From Marsupella aquatica (lineage: Eukaryota; Plantae; Marchantiophyta), in assembly GCA_973895155.1 (NCBI GenBank), contig OZ316892.1, positions 28,110,307-28,174,306 on the forward strand: a DNA stretch of 64,000 nt. The letters are read 5' to 3'. The notes beneath the pieces were generated by a model, which had not been told where the DNA came from, made no database searches, and was given only the letters and a program-made list of their open reading frames with translations. Each line of letters opens with the position of its first letter. Position 1 is the first letter of the stretch. Of this stretch, positions 38,766 to 52,900 are shown in pieces. Position numbers and translations under genes: made by a program.

Positions 38766-41236
38766 CACAGAGAACGAGAGGTGATGCTATAGCAACAGTT
38801 TGCTGATATTTGCAACAGTTTGGATAACATATCTATCCACCTCACGAATCATGGGTTATAATTAAATTCCACACCTTTAAATTACACTTTATCGAACTCC
38901 TCTCCGGCCTCATCACACACACTAATAACTATTCCTAACCTGGCATTATGGCCTGTCCCACTGGTTAACTGGTTAATGCACTCCTTTATGGCCTATCTCA
39001 CTGGTAAATGCACCCCTTTATGGCATATCGCACTGGTTAACTACAGTAGTTAATGTACCAGGTTAACATTTTGTTCTGAACATGGCTCTAATTCAATCCA
39101 TTATGTTTGTTAATTGTTTCAACAGGACCTTCTAGTATAGGAGTTTAGTGTTGGCATTGTCATGAGAAGGGGCATGCATGTAATTTCTCAAGCTATGGAT
39201 ATTTTAGGGGTTTTTCCATCCTTGTGTCTTGTTGATGTAGTATGTGATCAAATGTTCTCTCATATTCCCCATTGTTGTTGTCTAGTCTGATCAACTGGTT
39301 TCTTACCCTAACCTTGGTTGTGTGTTGTTTTTCTCTGGTATGGGTTGCTTTCTGGCCTCCTTGCAGAGTTGTTTCTATTTTGCTCCTTTTGTTTTGGGTG
39401 CTCCCCCTCATCCATGGGTTTTTGTGGGATTGATAAGTACAAAATGCATTCCCATGAAACTATCCATAGACATAATTTTAACATTAATGCTTAGAGTTAA
39501 CATTATGTCTAAGCCTGTCACATTAGTTAACACACCAGATTCTACGCCAATCGGTCTCCAATACAATTGACGTTGTTGGCTAATGCCCATAATTTCCACT
39601 TTGCCAGTCTGCTGAGGATGGTTGAGGTGTTTATAAGAGGTTGAATGCCATATTTATCCACACTCATGAAACCATGGGCTACAATTTAAATCCACCTTTA
39701 AGTCCTTGCCATCCACTTATGAGTCCTCACACACTAAACTACTTCTAAACAGGTGTTGTGCCCTACCTGACTGGTTAATGCACCCGATTTTGTTTCAATT
39801 GGTCTCAGAATCAATCCATGTTGCCAGCTAAAACTTTTAGCTTCCATACTGCCTGCCAGGCTCGGGATGGTCTAGGTATTTGGAAGAGTTTGGATAACAT
39901 ATTAATCTACCCTGAAGAATTATGGGTTCATGGACATTGATAGTTCATAATCCATACTTATAAAGTGTCCAGTGCATTACAATTTGTAGGGGTGTAACCA
40001 TTTCAGGGGTGGCACTTGGGGGGCATAAAAGAGAAGCTGGGGCGCAACAGGGGCTATACTGCCAAGGGCCTGCTTCCTGATTTTGGTTGCCCGAGTTGGC
40101 TCTGTCACAGACGAGGCTTACCTTGCTTTAATTTTGCACCTGCATATACGATTTCATGAGTTGTTTGCAAGCAAAGCTCAGGCATTCAGGCTCGCATATG
40201 TAATGTTTGCAGGTTACAGGTATTATACTTTAGTTTAGGTATCTTAGGATAGGTTTATAGTTATTGACAGAATTTCCTAAGTATATGCTTTATATTGGGT
40301 ATTTGAAGTTAATATTCAAAGGTTTCAAATAGACTCTGCTTGCCAGGCAATGCCCCTGCCCTTTTGAGTTAGGTGTAGGGGTGACAACAACATCTAAAGG
40401 TTGGCTAGGTGCAGATTTTGTGAGTCTTCAGTCTTTTCACATCTCTGCCTTGTAAGGGTGTTTTCTTACATTTCTTGACACCTAAGTCCAAGTTTTAATA
40501 AACAATACACTTATAATACCTCTGTTCAGGTCAACTTGGGGCAAAACTGATACCAAAGGGTGTTTCTTAATGCACTTTAGGATTTGACTGGCCTACAATT
40601 TGTCTGGTACATCACTATCCATCCGTCTCAAGTTTCTACTCCTGGATTTTCCAACACTGTATTGTTGATATTTAGATTTGCAAGCAGTCCATATGAACCT
40701 GTGTATTTATACATTGATTACAAAGGTATTTGACTGGAACCATAAGCCTAGCTATCCTACCCATGACAGGTCCAATGCTAATTGAACTGCACATAGAAGG
40801 CAGTGCTCTGTCTAGACTAGGTCACATGGTACCTTGACAAACCTTCCATCTGCAAGTTGGAGCCATGTTAGATCATCTGATTTTATCACACTGCCAAAGA
40901 CAGGAACGCCAAACCCAAACCGGGAGACATGATCCCAAAGGCAAAAGAACCCAATAAAGTGGGGGATGGGAAGGACCCCAAGGAGACCGAAAGGCCCTGG
41001 ACTTGCCAGCAGCTCAGGCCAGACTCGGAATAACAGGGATTTCTATTTAAAATTGTAAGCACAGGGCTTCTTTAATTAACTGAAACAGCTTTCTGTTTGG
41101 ACTAGGGGCGTTATGATCAACAATTTTTGAGATTGTGTTGGAGTTGATCATCATTTCAACACAAGGCCCCTGCGCTTATACAAAGAGTTTTTTGTCAGGA
41201 CATCCACTTTCTGGATTTTATTCGGGGGGGGGCAGA

Positions 41237-41510
41237 CTCTAGTATATGGTTTTTTACTACCTGTCCCCCAAAATGACCTGCCCCCCAAAATGACGGATTG
41301 AGTCACCCTGGGTTAGGGCATTACTCATCAGGGTTCACTGCGTGGCCAATAGCACCTTGGATTAACATACAACAGTTGGAGTAATCCATAGACAAAATAG
41401 GGGTCAAGTTAGAAATAGAAGTAGTTTAGGGGACAGGTGGGGGGGGGGGGGGACAGGTTGATAATAATGGTCAGTTTGGGTGATAGGTTAGTAAAAATTG
41501 GTATTCTAGA
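41237..41510. mobile_element. MITE with ~42-bp imperfect TIRs
   Basis: Left ctctagtatatggttttttactacctgtcccccaaaatgacc versus reverse complement of right end tctagaataccaatttttactaacctatcacccaaactgacc; no ORF. Confidence 0.6.
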
Positions 41511-44276
41511 AAGGGAAACCCCATAAGAGCAAGCCACACAACTGGGAAAGAAGGGGGGTGACAGAAAAATTGCTGCATGATAGGGGAAATGGCCAGACAA
41601 AGCAAAGTGTCTAAATCACTTAAATCTACATTATTTCTATTTTCTTCTGTCACCCTCTAAATTGAACAAGATTAGGAAGTTGCCCCTAAATAACAATTTT
41701 ACTGTATTGCCCCTTTGCAACATAGGGTGGCCAAAGATAACTCAGATAGACGGAATGTGCAGCTAAGACTAACCCAGGGGCAGCTTAAAAATTAGTCTGG
41801 GGGAAGTTAAGAAGGTTGTGCAGTTTGGGGGTAATTGGTAAATAGTGTACCTATACAATTTGTATGAAAAAGAGCTAAGAAGGGGTCCACTTTTCACTTT
41901 GCCTCGCAGCAGGGACTTACATCGAGAGCTCCAAGTGAATTGTTTAAAACAACCCGACAGTGCTTTGTTGTGTGTGCTGTAGAGTGAACAGCATTTTTTC
42001 TAGTCCCCAAAATTAGCTAGATTCCATATTTTGAAAAGTACTCTAGCTACTTTTCCCACTCCAAGACACCTCTCTTGAAATTATTGGCGAAAAGTTTTGT
42101 ATACCATCAGCCAGTTTCTCACCTACAGTAGCCACAGGTATTTGGGAGGAAATAGAAAATCTTTTCCTGTTGCAAGGAAAACTGCTAAATGTACATCAAT
42201 TGGCAGGCAACCCGGCAGGCAAATTCTCTCTCCAGCCAAAATTCGTGTTATTTTTTTGAGAAAAATAATTTTGAACTGTTTTTGTGGCTAGCAAATTTGC
42301 CTGACAAGGGAATCATATACATGCAGTGCAACTTCAAATTTAACCACATTCAAAGGCAAATATAACCTGGCAGGTGATCTCGCTGGGAAACCTTACTCTT
42401 ACAATCTTATTAGCTCCCATATTACAAACCCTCCCTAGCCACAGACCCCATAAGCCAGAAACCGACCCCGCATCCTTTTAATTTTTTTTTAAACATGATC
42501 TTGACAATTAATTAAAATCGACCCCGTATCCTTAAATCGAGGCATCTGACAAATCAGAGTGGAGATAAGGAAAACTCATAGCGTCTTCTTCTCCACACAA
42601 GGCTACAATTGCTACCTGACGAAAACGAAAAAAAATAAAATTCTTAATTAAACTCAGGCTGAGACTGAACGCGTGTTGTCAGCCCAAGAGAGGTACCCTT
42701 CCCTTGGGCAGAGTGGGATTTATTATTGGGTTTATTTTATGGACGAACTGGGTGTCAGTTGGCTGTTTCTGATTCTGATGTGAGCTGGCCCTCTCCCCCT
42801 TGTAGCCCACTTTTTCTGTTGTGGGAGCGAGACACACACTAGTCTTGCTTAGCACAACTCACGCCAAGCTCTACACTTGCACGCTTGCCATTCTATCTCT
42901 TTCGCTCGCTTTTAGCTTTCCTTTAAGCATCCTTTTTTCAGCGCGCTTTGAGCTCCCAATCTCTATCGTACACTGTCGTCTCTGTTGTACTAGTCTTGGC
43001 TCGGTTGCTCTCTCTTCCTCTCGTTTTCCACCAAGGTAGAGCTCCGATTGTGCTGTTTTTTGTGTGATTCACAGATTTCTTCGAGAGCCCTGCTACTCCT
43101 GCTGCTGCTGCTGCTGCCCCCGCCAACTCTTGTGGGTTCACGCTGGAAGGGAGAATTGCACGCGAACAAGGGATGTGGGGTTTGGGTTATCGAGTCTCTT
43201 TCCGATTGTCGCAGTGGTGACCCACAGGACGTGCACCACTTTTGCATTCGCCTTCAACTTAATCAACGATCCTTGTTGGACATTGCAAGGTGTATATCAT
43301 ATTGCTCAGCTCGGGTGCAGTTCAGTAGTGTGGGCATTGACTGTCACGAGTTTGTGTCATTTGTTTCTGTTGCTTAGCTTGAGGAATGCAGCCTGATTCG
43401 CCGGTGGACAGTAAAGCGGCTCTTGCATTTCTATGGGTTGATGGGCGTGCCTTGTTTAGAATCCTCCCTGTTCCAACCTTCTTTGGGTTGGGTGGTTGGT
43501 GCGAGTTAAGTTTGAACTCTCAAATCTGTCTCAATGAGGAGCAGATAGAACTGGTTCCATTCTGTGGGAGCCGGCGTTCAGGCTGATTTTGAACTCAGCA
43601 GCATTTCGTGCCATTCTGTTTGGCTTGTTTGTCGTCAGTAAACTACTAGCCAATGTGTTGTTCTGTCAATGTCCGGAGATGCTTCTGACCTCGCCGGCCT
43701 TCTCAGCCGATAACCCCCCGCCCCCCGCGCCCCCCCCCCCCAACCACCCAACGTCCACAAATCATGAGGGTTCACGAGACAGGTCTGACAATTCCGAAAC
43801 TTCCGCCGTCGTACTGATCATCACAGTAAGCTTGCAGCATTGGCTCCCAGTCTGGCTGGCATGTTGGGTCTCGCTAGAGTTGTAGTCTTACGGATTCTGG
43901 ATATTTACTTGAAGTGTGACATTACTTGCTAGTTCATGTTCTCTGCGGTATTCTAGCTCAAATCTCCATGGGTGGGTTTTTGTGAGATCTAGGTATGTTT
44001 ATGTGGGTCGAGCTGAGTAGTGCCCTCTGCTCCTTTCGTCTCGCGTAATGCTTATGGCGTCTTCTTCAGGGGAGAGTCCGGTTGATACGCTGGTGTCACT
44101 CACCTCATATTTTTTCGGAAACATTGCTTGAATGTAATCTCACACGGGTTCCTCCTGTTGTCAGGTTAAGCGTGGAGGTGTGGCATTGTCTCCCCCCTTT
44201 CATTGTAGAAGAACCACTGAGCTAGAACCGAACTCTAGTCCACAGGCCTTTGCCTCCCAGTTTCGGAGCGATACCA

Positions 44277-44426
44277 ATGGAGGAGCTCACATTCATTGCT
44301 GCCATGCTGATCACCTTTTTCATAGCCATCGGTTGCTACATCCTGGGATTGTTTTGGAATGCGCTGCAGGGCGGCGCCGCTGCTGCGCAAACAGGGGCGG
44401 CCGGGCCCAAGCTAGCGGAGGCGTAA
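44277..44426 (+). CDS. Candidate 49-aa single-pass membrane microprotein
   Basis: ccaATGG context; MEELTFIAAMLITFFIAIGCYILGLFWNALQGGAAAAQTGAAGPKLAEA-stop; upstream CT-rich leader and plausible 5' UTR splice sites. Confidence 0.5.
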   Translation: MEELTFIAAMLITFFIAIGCYILGLFWNALQGGAAAAQTGAAGPKLAEA

Positions 44427-44744
44427 ATTATTTCTGAGAACAACCAAGCGAAGCGTTAGTCTCGCCCATGGTGCGGACGTTGTATACTGTTGAGATGTAA
44501 TAATGTAGTTCTCGGCTTGTTCCGAGCTAGAAGAAGCAAACCAGCAGCGAGAGTAGAAGAAGCTGTCTTGGGAGCGGAAGGCCACGCACAGGATTGTTGC
44601 ATAGATGGGACTCAGCTGGGTTACCTAGGCATTATGTGAAAGCATTCCATGGCGGGTGGATCATCACTGGACATGAAGCTGGGACAGACAGGAGACAGTT
44701 GAGTACACTTTGAAAACATTACTGGGCAACAGCTAGAGTGCCTG

Positions 44745-45072
44745 AGAAGAGCATGATGTTATGATTTTGGAGATAGTATTTGTGTCTGAAGTAGACCTGG
44801 AGCTTGGCGTGGCTGTTGAGGTATCAGTACCTAGAGGAGATGGCCGATGTGGCTTTTGATTTTTGCAATGCGTCTGGTCTTGGGACTGCATGTACATTTG
44901 TGGTCCTTTGCCGACCTGCTCGTCAATCTTCTACAATGTGCGGACTAAGGAGTGGCACTGGTTTAATTTTGCAACAGTTAGCCTGACATTATCTTTAACT
45001 CAGACTTACAGTAATCAGTGGTTCTCCACAAATATCACGTACCAACCTGATTGCATCCTTTCTGGAAGTTTG
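44745..45072 (+). pseudogene. C-terminal fragment of an F-box gene paralogous to 56887-58278
   Basis: FYNVRTKEWHWFNFAT...ITYQP versus VYNVETEEWHWVNSAT...ITYQP; nucleotide alignment with 57950-58278; frameshifted, no F-box N-terminus. Confidence 0.85.
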
Positions 45073-46089
45073 ATTTCCATTTGTTCCAACTATGAGGGAG
45101 TAATCAGAGCATTCTGTAAGCAGCTATTGGAACCAGTCTAGATGTACAATTGGGATGTGCTCTTTTTTCCACTCCTGGCTGAGTCTGCTTTCCAGCCAGT
45201 GACGTTCATAACTTTGGCTTTAGATCCTATTTCATGTACCTCACATCAAAGAGGTGGATACTGTGAAATCATGTTATGTTTCTTACATTTATTTCAACAC
45301 CTAGGCATTTACATTCTCTACCTGGCTTTTAGTCTGAGAACAGACCCGTAGTCTTTACGCTCACCATTTCCTTTCCGTTCAATGTGCTAGTCGGTACAGT
45401 TCGGCCATCTTCAAAACTAAAGCTCATTAATTTGCACCTTAATGTTTTTCGATCGTGCGGTCGTTCTCAGGTCATCTTTTGAATTATGGTATCATCCGAT
45501 TGGAACCTCGTAATTCATTTTCCAATTTTCAAGTTGCAAACGTGGGTGATCTGGTTCCCACGATTGAAATTAATGGCAGCGCTCAAATTGGAGGTGGGAG
45601 CGACCTGCGTAGGAGATTTAGACTGCCGTGTGTTTCACGCCCTCCTACAGATAACGCGAACAGGACTCCTGATTATGAATATTGTCTCCGTATGAATTGA
45701 GCTGAAGAACTCAGTGCAGCACAATTTGGAGTAGTTTCTGACTGTACTTGAATACAGTGCCAGTCGCTTAGGATGTTTGGAGGCTGCCACAAACATCACT
45801 GCCACAAACATCACTGCCACAAACATTCTAGTTAGTTACCCACTCTAGCTGAGATATGCCTTCGAATCCAATCTGAGTCGAAGGAGATTTGAGACTCGCC
45901 ATCAATTGAGAACAAGGTTACCGAAGACCTTGAATTGCATCGAAGAACGTTTAGCAAATTGCTCTTGGTACCCACTATCACAAGCCTTCACATTATGATT
46001 GTATGACCTCCTAAGATTCAATGAATGCTCAGAGTCTGTCAATCAATTTTCCTCATTGGACCTTACTTTGCACGTGGGCTGGTTAACTT

Positions 46090-47600
46090 CTACTTGCTTC
46101 CCGGCTGTGTGAGCAGGTTGTGATTCCGGATATCGTCCAAAAATTCCTGGAGAATCCGTGCCTTGGATCCACCTTCAGCCACTGCTGCTGTAGCCATCCT
46201 GTGGAGGTCTTCCATTCTGCTTCTGATCGCGTTCCTTTCCGGTTCTACCATCAAAAGCCGGACCGCCCTCTCAACCTCGTTCCGTTTGAAAACGCGGTCA
46301 GGCCCCGTTTGAAGTTCTATTGCGACCTTCAGCTCATCGACCAGATATCTGCAATTGAGATACTGGTCTGCACCCTGTGGGCATGCAATCATTGGCACGC
46401 CCAACATCATACTCTCCAGAGAGGAGTTCCATCCATAGTGAGTGAGAAAGCCACCGGTAGATGAATGAGCCAGGATTTGCACTTGGGGTGCCCACCCAGT
46501 TACTATACAGCAGCGTTCTCCTAACCGTGCTTCAAAACCTGTTGGAAGTACTTCGCTGAGTGACGGGGGCGTACCCTTCGACTGTGCAATGACCCACAAG
46601 AAATGCTGCTCGCTGTCCTCCAGTCCCAAGGCCAGTTCCTTTATCTGCTCTGGACGAAGGCCGACCTGGCTTCCAAAAGCAATATAGAGAACCGAAGAAG
46701 GAACCTGGGAGCCAAGGAATCGAAGGCATACGCTTGCTGGATCCTCTGAGCCTCGACCGTCTCGCACATTTGGGACGGAAAACAGATCCTCTGAGCCTCG
46801 ATCGTCTCGCACGTTTGGGACGGTGACCGACGTCGAAAATAGAGGACCAACAAGGTAAATCTTGGGCACCTAGCAGTGATCCACGGTCTTTCTCCATGTG
46901 TCAATAACGCTTTCTTCCAGCGCGGGAAACGAGTTTATCAGCAGACCTGCTGCTCGCTCCACCGCTTCACATTTCATCTGCATATATTCATTATGCTCTC
47001 GGAAAGAGCTGGGGAGCTCGAAGTAACGCAAAGGAGGGAGACCAGAAATACAAACTTGCGAGTCCACGTCGGTATTTGAGAAATGGAATTGGCCACTTTG
47101 ATGACAATCTAGAATGCCTTGCAGCGCCCTTGCAAAGATTGTTCCTGTCGAAAAGAATACCTTGGAATCTCCAATGTATCAGCCAACTCCTGAGTCCAGG
47201 GGAAAAACATGTCCGATACTATACCAGTCGGACGTCCTCTGATGCCGGCGCTCTTCTCCTGAATCCACTGCTCCCTCAATGGCTTAAAAGCTCGTCCTAA
47301 GACCACTGGAGGGACCTTCGGGGCTATGCCGTCGTCGTCGGGCTCTCGTTTGGGCAAACCGACTAGCCGAACGCCCAGACTCTGCCATTCTGAATCCGAG
47401 CCATCTTCAGCCGAACTACGAAGCTGAGCAATTGTGTGCTCCCAACTTACGAAGGTGATGGTGATGCCCTCACGGGCGAGCTCAGTCGCGAGCCTCAGCA
47501 GTGGTATGACGTGTGAATGAATGGCCAGCGGGATGACCACCAAATGTGCAGGAGCAGCCTTACCATCATTGTCATCACAATCTCCTACAATTGACGCCAT
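46090..47600 (-). pseudogene. UDP-glycosyltransferase (GT1) pseudogene, intronless
   Basis: HLVVIP..HSHVIPLL, IVSDMFFPWT, LYIAFGSQ, PSPG box WAPQVQILAHSSTGGFLTHYGWNS...GADQ; 1-nt frameshift near 47150 and in-frame TAG at 46870-46872. Confidence 0.9.
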
Positions 47601-47967
47601 CGCTGCCGCTGCAGATCTACGAGCAGTACGAGCCTTTGCTCTTCCTTTTGTAGCACTGCTAAGACGAATTTGGGCTTTGTCAAATCTGAGAAGTTCACCT
47701 CGACGATGGACACCACCGCATCGTGACTCTTCACGCGACTTGAAATTCCGGAGGTCCGTGAAATTTCTGTGCAGAGTTCAGTGTAGGGTCAGCAATTTGC
47801 GAGTGCACATACTGCGCGAGCACTGAGCTTCAGACCTCGCACAATGTAGCTTAAAGGGACCCCTTTTTATGTGGTTTTCTTCCTTAGGAATCCTGTCTCA
47901 AGGCGAGTATCCACCACTGACCCATCCAATAGGATAGACGTTTTACTTTAAATCAGTATAGTGTAGC

Positions 47968-48257
47968 CCACAAGGGGGGATGTTGGTACAAGGCATTTTT
48001 TTTATGCATGAGTTCAATCCCAGTGCAATGTTGTTGTGTAATGTCATTACATTAATTAAAGATGTTGTTAAGTAAGATAAATATGTGATTGTTCAAAAGA
48101 TGTTGTGAAACCACAAGGGGGGATGATACGTACCCACAAGGCATTTTTGTTATGTATGAGTTCAATCCCCGTGCAATGTTGCTGTGTAAAACATGTCATA
48201 ACATTAAAGATGTTGTGAAGTAAAATAAATGTGTGGTTGTTTGAAAGATGTTGTGAA
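47968..48257 (+). repeat. ~143-bp tandem duplication containing a Pol III B-box-like motif
   Basis: ccacaaggggggatg...gagttcaatccc.gtgcaatgttg at 47968 and 48111. Confidence 0.75.
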
Positions 48258-48787
48258 TTAAAATATGCCGTTGCGCCAAAGATGTACTTTACTAGAAGAT
48301 ATTGTTCGGCAAAAGATGTAATTGAGAAAAAATATTTTGGTGTAAGAGATAGCTTGAGTAAAGTAATTCATTTGTTAAATAGATCTCATTGCATAAAGAA
48401 TGTTGTCAAACAAAAGATGTCATGATGCAAAAAAAGAGGCAACAAGGACCACCCAAGTACAACAAAGTAAGAATGGTTTTTTTCTTTTGGTTTTTTCTTA
48501 TTTTTTCCCTTTTGAACCTTAACACCCCCTCCTTCTTTTCCCTCTTTTTCACTACTTTTTGGTCTCTCATTGATTACATTGTGCACTAATTTATTGACTG
48601 TGCAATATTTGCAATTAAACTTATGTAGTAACTTAGGCCTCCTCTAAACGGCCGCTTCTTTTAAAAGAACTGCATTCATAACTTCCAAAGCTAGCACATT
48701 TTGGCTCAGGCATTTTAGCTTTACTAGTGTATGAAAGTGACAGTCACCTTTGCTTTGGATGGAAGGGCACTGAAAGGCTCCCACTGT

Positions 48788-48921
48788 CTTGTAAAGCCTC
48801 CCTAGCTCGCCCCCTAGTAGTTACACAGTTCATTGGCTAGGGCCCTTCTTGCTCCTTGTAAAGCCTCCCTAGCTCGCCCCCTAGTAGTTATATAGTTCAT
48901 TGGCTAGGGCCCTTCTTGCTC
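48788..48921. repeat. 67-bp tandem duplication
   Basis: cttgtaaagcctccctagctcgccccctagtagtta...ggcccttcttgctc at 48788 and 48855. Confidence 0.92.
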
Positions 48922-49714
48922 TAAGATACGATGAGGTCCATGTGGGTCCATTTTAAATGTAAAAGACTCAAAATAGGAAAGGACTAAGCGGCTAGATGAA
49001 GAGATCTTCAAGAGAGGTGGTCTGAAATCTGGGGCAAAAATGAGCTCCCTACAAGTAAGAATTGGGCCCCATTCCATTCCATGTAGAATGGAGAATAGTT
49101 TGGAAAGAAAGCCCCCCCCCCCTGCCTTGTAAAGTGAACAGCAGCTGTAGCTCCCCAATGAATGGCCTCGATCACATCTTGAGGATTGGAAAATAGTTGA
49201 AAGTGCCCCCAAAGTCTTGTACAGACACCCCTAAGTGAAGCCTCGATCTAGACACTAGATTTTGGGGGCATGACTTAAGTCAAGGTGTGATTGGAAAAAG
49301 GAAAGGGCGAGTCTCTTAAATGGCTAGGGCTTTGAATGTTTCCACCTCTATTTTTGAGCACTCGTTTAAAAGACAAGCACTCAAGCTAGTCTATTCAATT
49401 ATTTCAAATGTAATTTTGAGTTGGTGTCACTGTTACCCGTGTGTATATTTGTCTGCTAATTCCACACATTTCTGTAATTTCTAGGCCTGACTCACCTGGG
49501 AGCTATAACCTATGGTTGGAATTTCATAGTAGGCCTTTGGAAATTCATAACAAGTCTATGGAAAGCGGTAATGCCTAGACAGGGACTATTCCATTAGTAT
49601 TTTACTAGATATTTTACAATATTTGGTCCATACAATTTTACACCTGTCACAGTAAAAAATTGCTGTAGGTCATCTGCCATCCCATTGATTTGTGTTTACT
49701 TTGGTTTCTGGTTA

Positions 49715-49903
49715 CAAGAGCTGTTCATGGCCTCATATACTTTTGACAGTGTTCATAAAGAGTAGGCTTCAAGGGTATTCAAAGGGGATATTTAATGTTT
49801 TCCAAAACAACAGCTGTTCAATAAGAGCTGCTGATAGCCTCATATACTTTTGACAGTGTTCACAAAGAGTAGGCCTCAACTGTATTCAAAGGGGATGTTT
49901 AAT
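49715..49903. repeat. ~105-bp minisatellite, left half (interrupted by the retrotransposon)
   Basis: Unit ggat(g/a)tttaatgttttccaaaacaacagctgttcaataagagctg...gcctcatatacttttgacagtgttca...gtattcaaagg; period 107 here. Confidence 0.9.
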
Positions 49904-52900
49904 TTTTATTTTTCTAAGAGTATACACATACTTTATACAGAAAAAGGCCAAATAGAGTACAAAAGAATAAACAAGAGAGGTCCCAAGTGGACAAAACCAA
50001 ACGCAAAAGAAGTGAGCAAAAGGAAACCCTAAAAACCAAGAAAGAGGAACTAAAAGAAGTGAGCAAAAGGAAACCCCTAAAAACCAAGAAAGAGGAACTA
50101 AAACTACCGCAAATGGACCGAGGTCCTCATCATACCTAGCAAATGTGGCAACAGCTAGTGGTCTACATCAAGTGTCGAAACTAGATCGGCAAGTGGGACA
50201 GGAATGTCCTCTAGGGGGGCTAGCCGCTGCGGAGTCACACTAGCACCCGCTGCCAGAGATCGACGATAGACGGCCGGAGCTTGAGCACGCTGTAAGGTGA
50301 CTGAAATGCGTTGTCGAAAGTGCGTGGTCAAAACAGATAGCGGGGGCCCGGTGGGACCCATCCGACCGTGAACATCCCGAGCAGCTTGGCGAAGAAGCCC
50401 GTCGAACTGATGATGGAGACGCCCAAATATCTCAAGAGCAAGGGGCAGGAAGCTATCAGATGAAGCTCGTGCAGCATATTTGGCCTCCTTCGTTGTTGCT
50501 GCTCGTGATGCTGCTGCCCCTGCCGTTGTTGCCGCTGTCCCAATGATGTCTTGGCGCAATGGGTTTGCCACCACTACATCTGCCAAAGTACAGTGACCGT
50601 CACGGACCATGGTAAGATCCACCCGTAACCGCTGTGATGGAGGACCAGGTAACTCGAGCACCACCTCCCGCCGCGCGCAGACCAAAGAGCCAGAGAGAAC
50701 TTGAGCAGTCGCATCTCTCACAGCGTCGTGAACAAAAATGGTTTCGCCGCCCAAACTGCATCGAAGAAGATGGACACCTGTGGCATCACAAGGCTTCCCA
50801 CAAGTGCAAGTAGGAGGTAAACCAACAAGAAGTGGGTGGGGCAAGCCCATACGAAGACGCATGGCTGTCGCAAACTCCGTTGAAGACATCCGCAGGTGAG
50901 GAATGACTGGATTGGCCTGAAGCCAGCCTCCTGCGCCCTTCCCTCCGGAAGAAAGAATCCGAGCTCGGTCCGTGTCAGGTGCCTCGGTGAGGATGCTGGA
51001 AAGGGTGAAAGCGTGCATACGCCCAGCAAGGTCTGCCTGAAGACGGACGGGGTCCAAGGATAAAAACTCCTGGAATGAAGGTAACGCAGCTCGAACAGGA
51101 TTGGGTAATGATGACCGCGCCGTGCACAAATGAACCTGAAATGGGAGGGAACCCTCCTCGACCTCCATGAGAGATGAAAGTAAAAAAGGTCGATCCTCAG
51201 TAAGGAAACGATCAGCCAACAATGAGAAGGCGGCCCCCCACGCGCCCAAGAAGGCCAAAGGTGCAAGGCGCTCAGTGGAAGTAAGCCCAAAACCACCGTG
51301 AGAAATAGGAAGACTGAGCTGTCGATGAAGCCACGGAGATGAGAGTAAAGTACCTGGCCCTAAAAGAGAGGCCAAAGTCTCACGAATGGAGACATCAAAA
51401 GCTCGGAGGTGTAGATAAAGATCCTCGGTAGGGGGATGTGTCCGAGCCAAATAGGACGCACGAGGGTGGATGCATCTCAACAACAACCCAAATGCTGCCT
51501 GAGAGTCTGCTAACTTAGGGAGCATAGGAGTAGGGGCTAAGGCAGCCTGGAGAGCGTCAGCAATGAAAGATGAGCAAAGGAGGCGGTACCGACTGGGGAG
51601 CCAAGGACCCGAAGACCGTCGGCAGGACGTAAGAACCCAGGGGGAAGCGCAAGATCAGAGGGTAACCCAGCTGGACTCCATGCACGACTCTTCACCGGCT
51701 GAACTCGTAAACCAAGGCCCAACAAATGGGTGGAAAGGGTGGCGAGGGCAGAAGTAACAGCAACAGGTGGACCAATGATGTGGGTGTCATCTGAAAGGGA
51801 GGGGAAGATACACTGGGGGTGGGCCGCGGAGGCTTCTCATAAAGCAGTAAAATGGGCAATGGCAAAAAGAGGCCCACCCAAAGGGTCACCCTGATGTGTA
51901 CCTTCTGCAGAAGAAAGAGTGGTATACACTCCTGTAGAGGTGTGATGACTATAGAAGAGGGGGGCCTCGAACCCATAAAAACAACGGACAAAGGGGATAA
52001 GGGACTGGATGTCTGGATCTGCTGCCCTCAAAGCACGAAAAATTGCTGCCCGAGAAACCGTATTGAAAGCATTGGAGACATCAACCTGGAGGACAACCCA
52101 ATCAGGGTGGAGGTCCAAGGTAGTACGAATACCCGCAATAACTGTCTCACAACCGCCAGGAACGCCCACTGCAAAACTGATGTGGAGAGAGATGATCCGA
52201 TAGTGCAGAGCGATACTGCGATGAAAGTGCGCGAGACACCAGACGAAGAAAAACCTCTCCAATAGCTATGGGCCGAACACCCGATGAAGACTTAGCCATG
52301 GCCAATAAACGAGAAGCACTCAAAAGCCGAGAGACGGGAGGAGGCAAACGGTCGGCAACAATACACTGGCAAAAGGAGAAGAAAACTGGAAAACCAGACT
52401 GAGGATCCTCAGGGGGGAATAAATCACGAAAATGCTCAAAGACATAGCCAGAGGGGCCACCAGCCGCGCAACGCGGAGCATGGAGGAAAGCATAGGTGAA
52501 GTGGTCCCTACTAAACTGAAGATCCTCCTCAGGCTCAAAATCCTCCACGAACAAAGGGAGCTGATCATAGGGCTGCGGATGGAGATCCTGAAGGGCCGTC
52601 AAGGTGACCTCGCCAGGGGGGGCTGGTGTGGTGGGAGAAAGGGCCTGGACCGCACGACGATATTCACCAGCCTGGGCCAAACGACAAGAGCGACGAAGGC
52701 GTCTATGCTCTGGAGGATGAGAGTGGCGAGCTGGGTCAGACAAAGCACGGGTAGTAAAGGAACGGGCTCGAAGAAAATACTCTTCCTGAAGCTGTTCCCA
52801 ATCTCCCCACAGAAAACGATGGATACGAGAGGCAGTCTCACGATGACCCACGCGACCACCGTGACTAGGGAGGGTAAGAGTCCACTGTGGAAAAAGCATG

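Noticed and set aside
43589-43885. Proline-rich ORF resembling an extensin or receptor fragment
   Set aside because: Arises from a poly-C tract, has a non-ATG start and probably lies in a 5' UTR intron.
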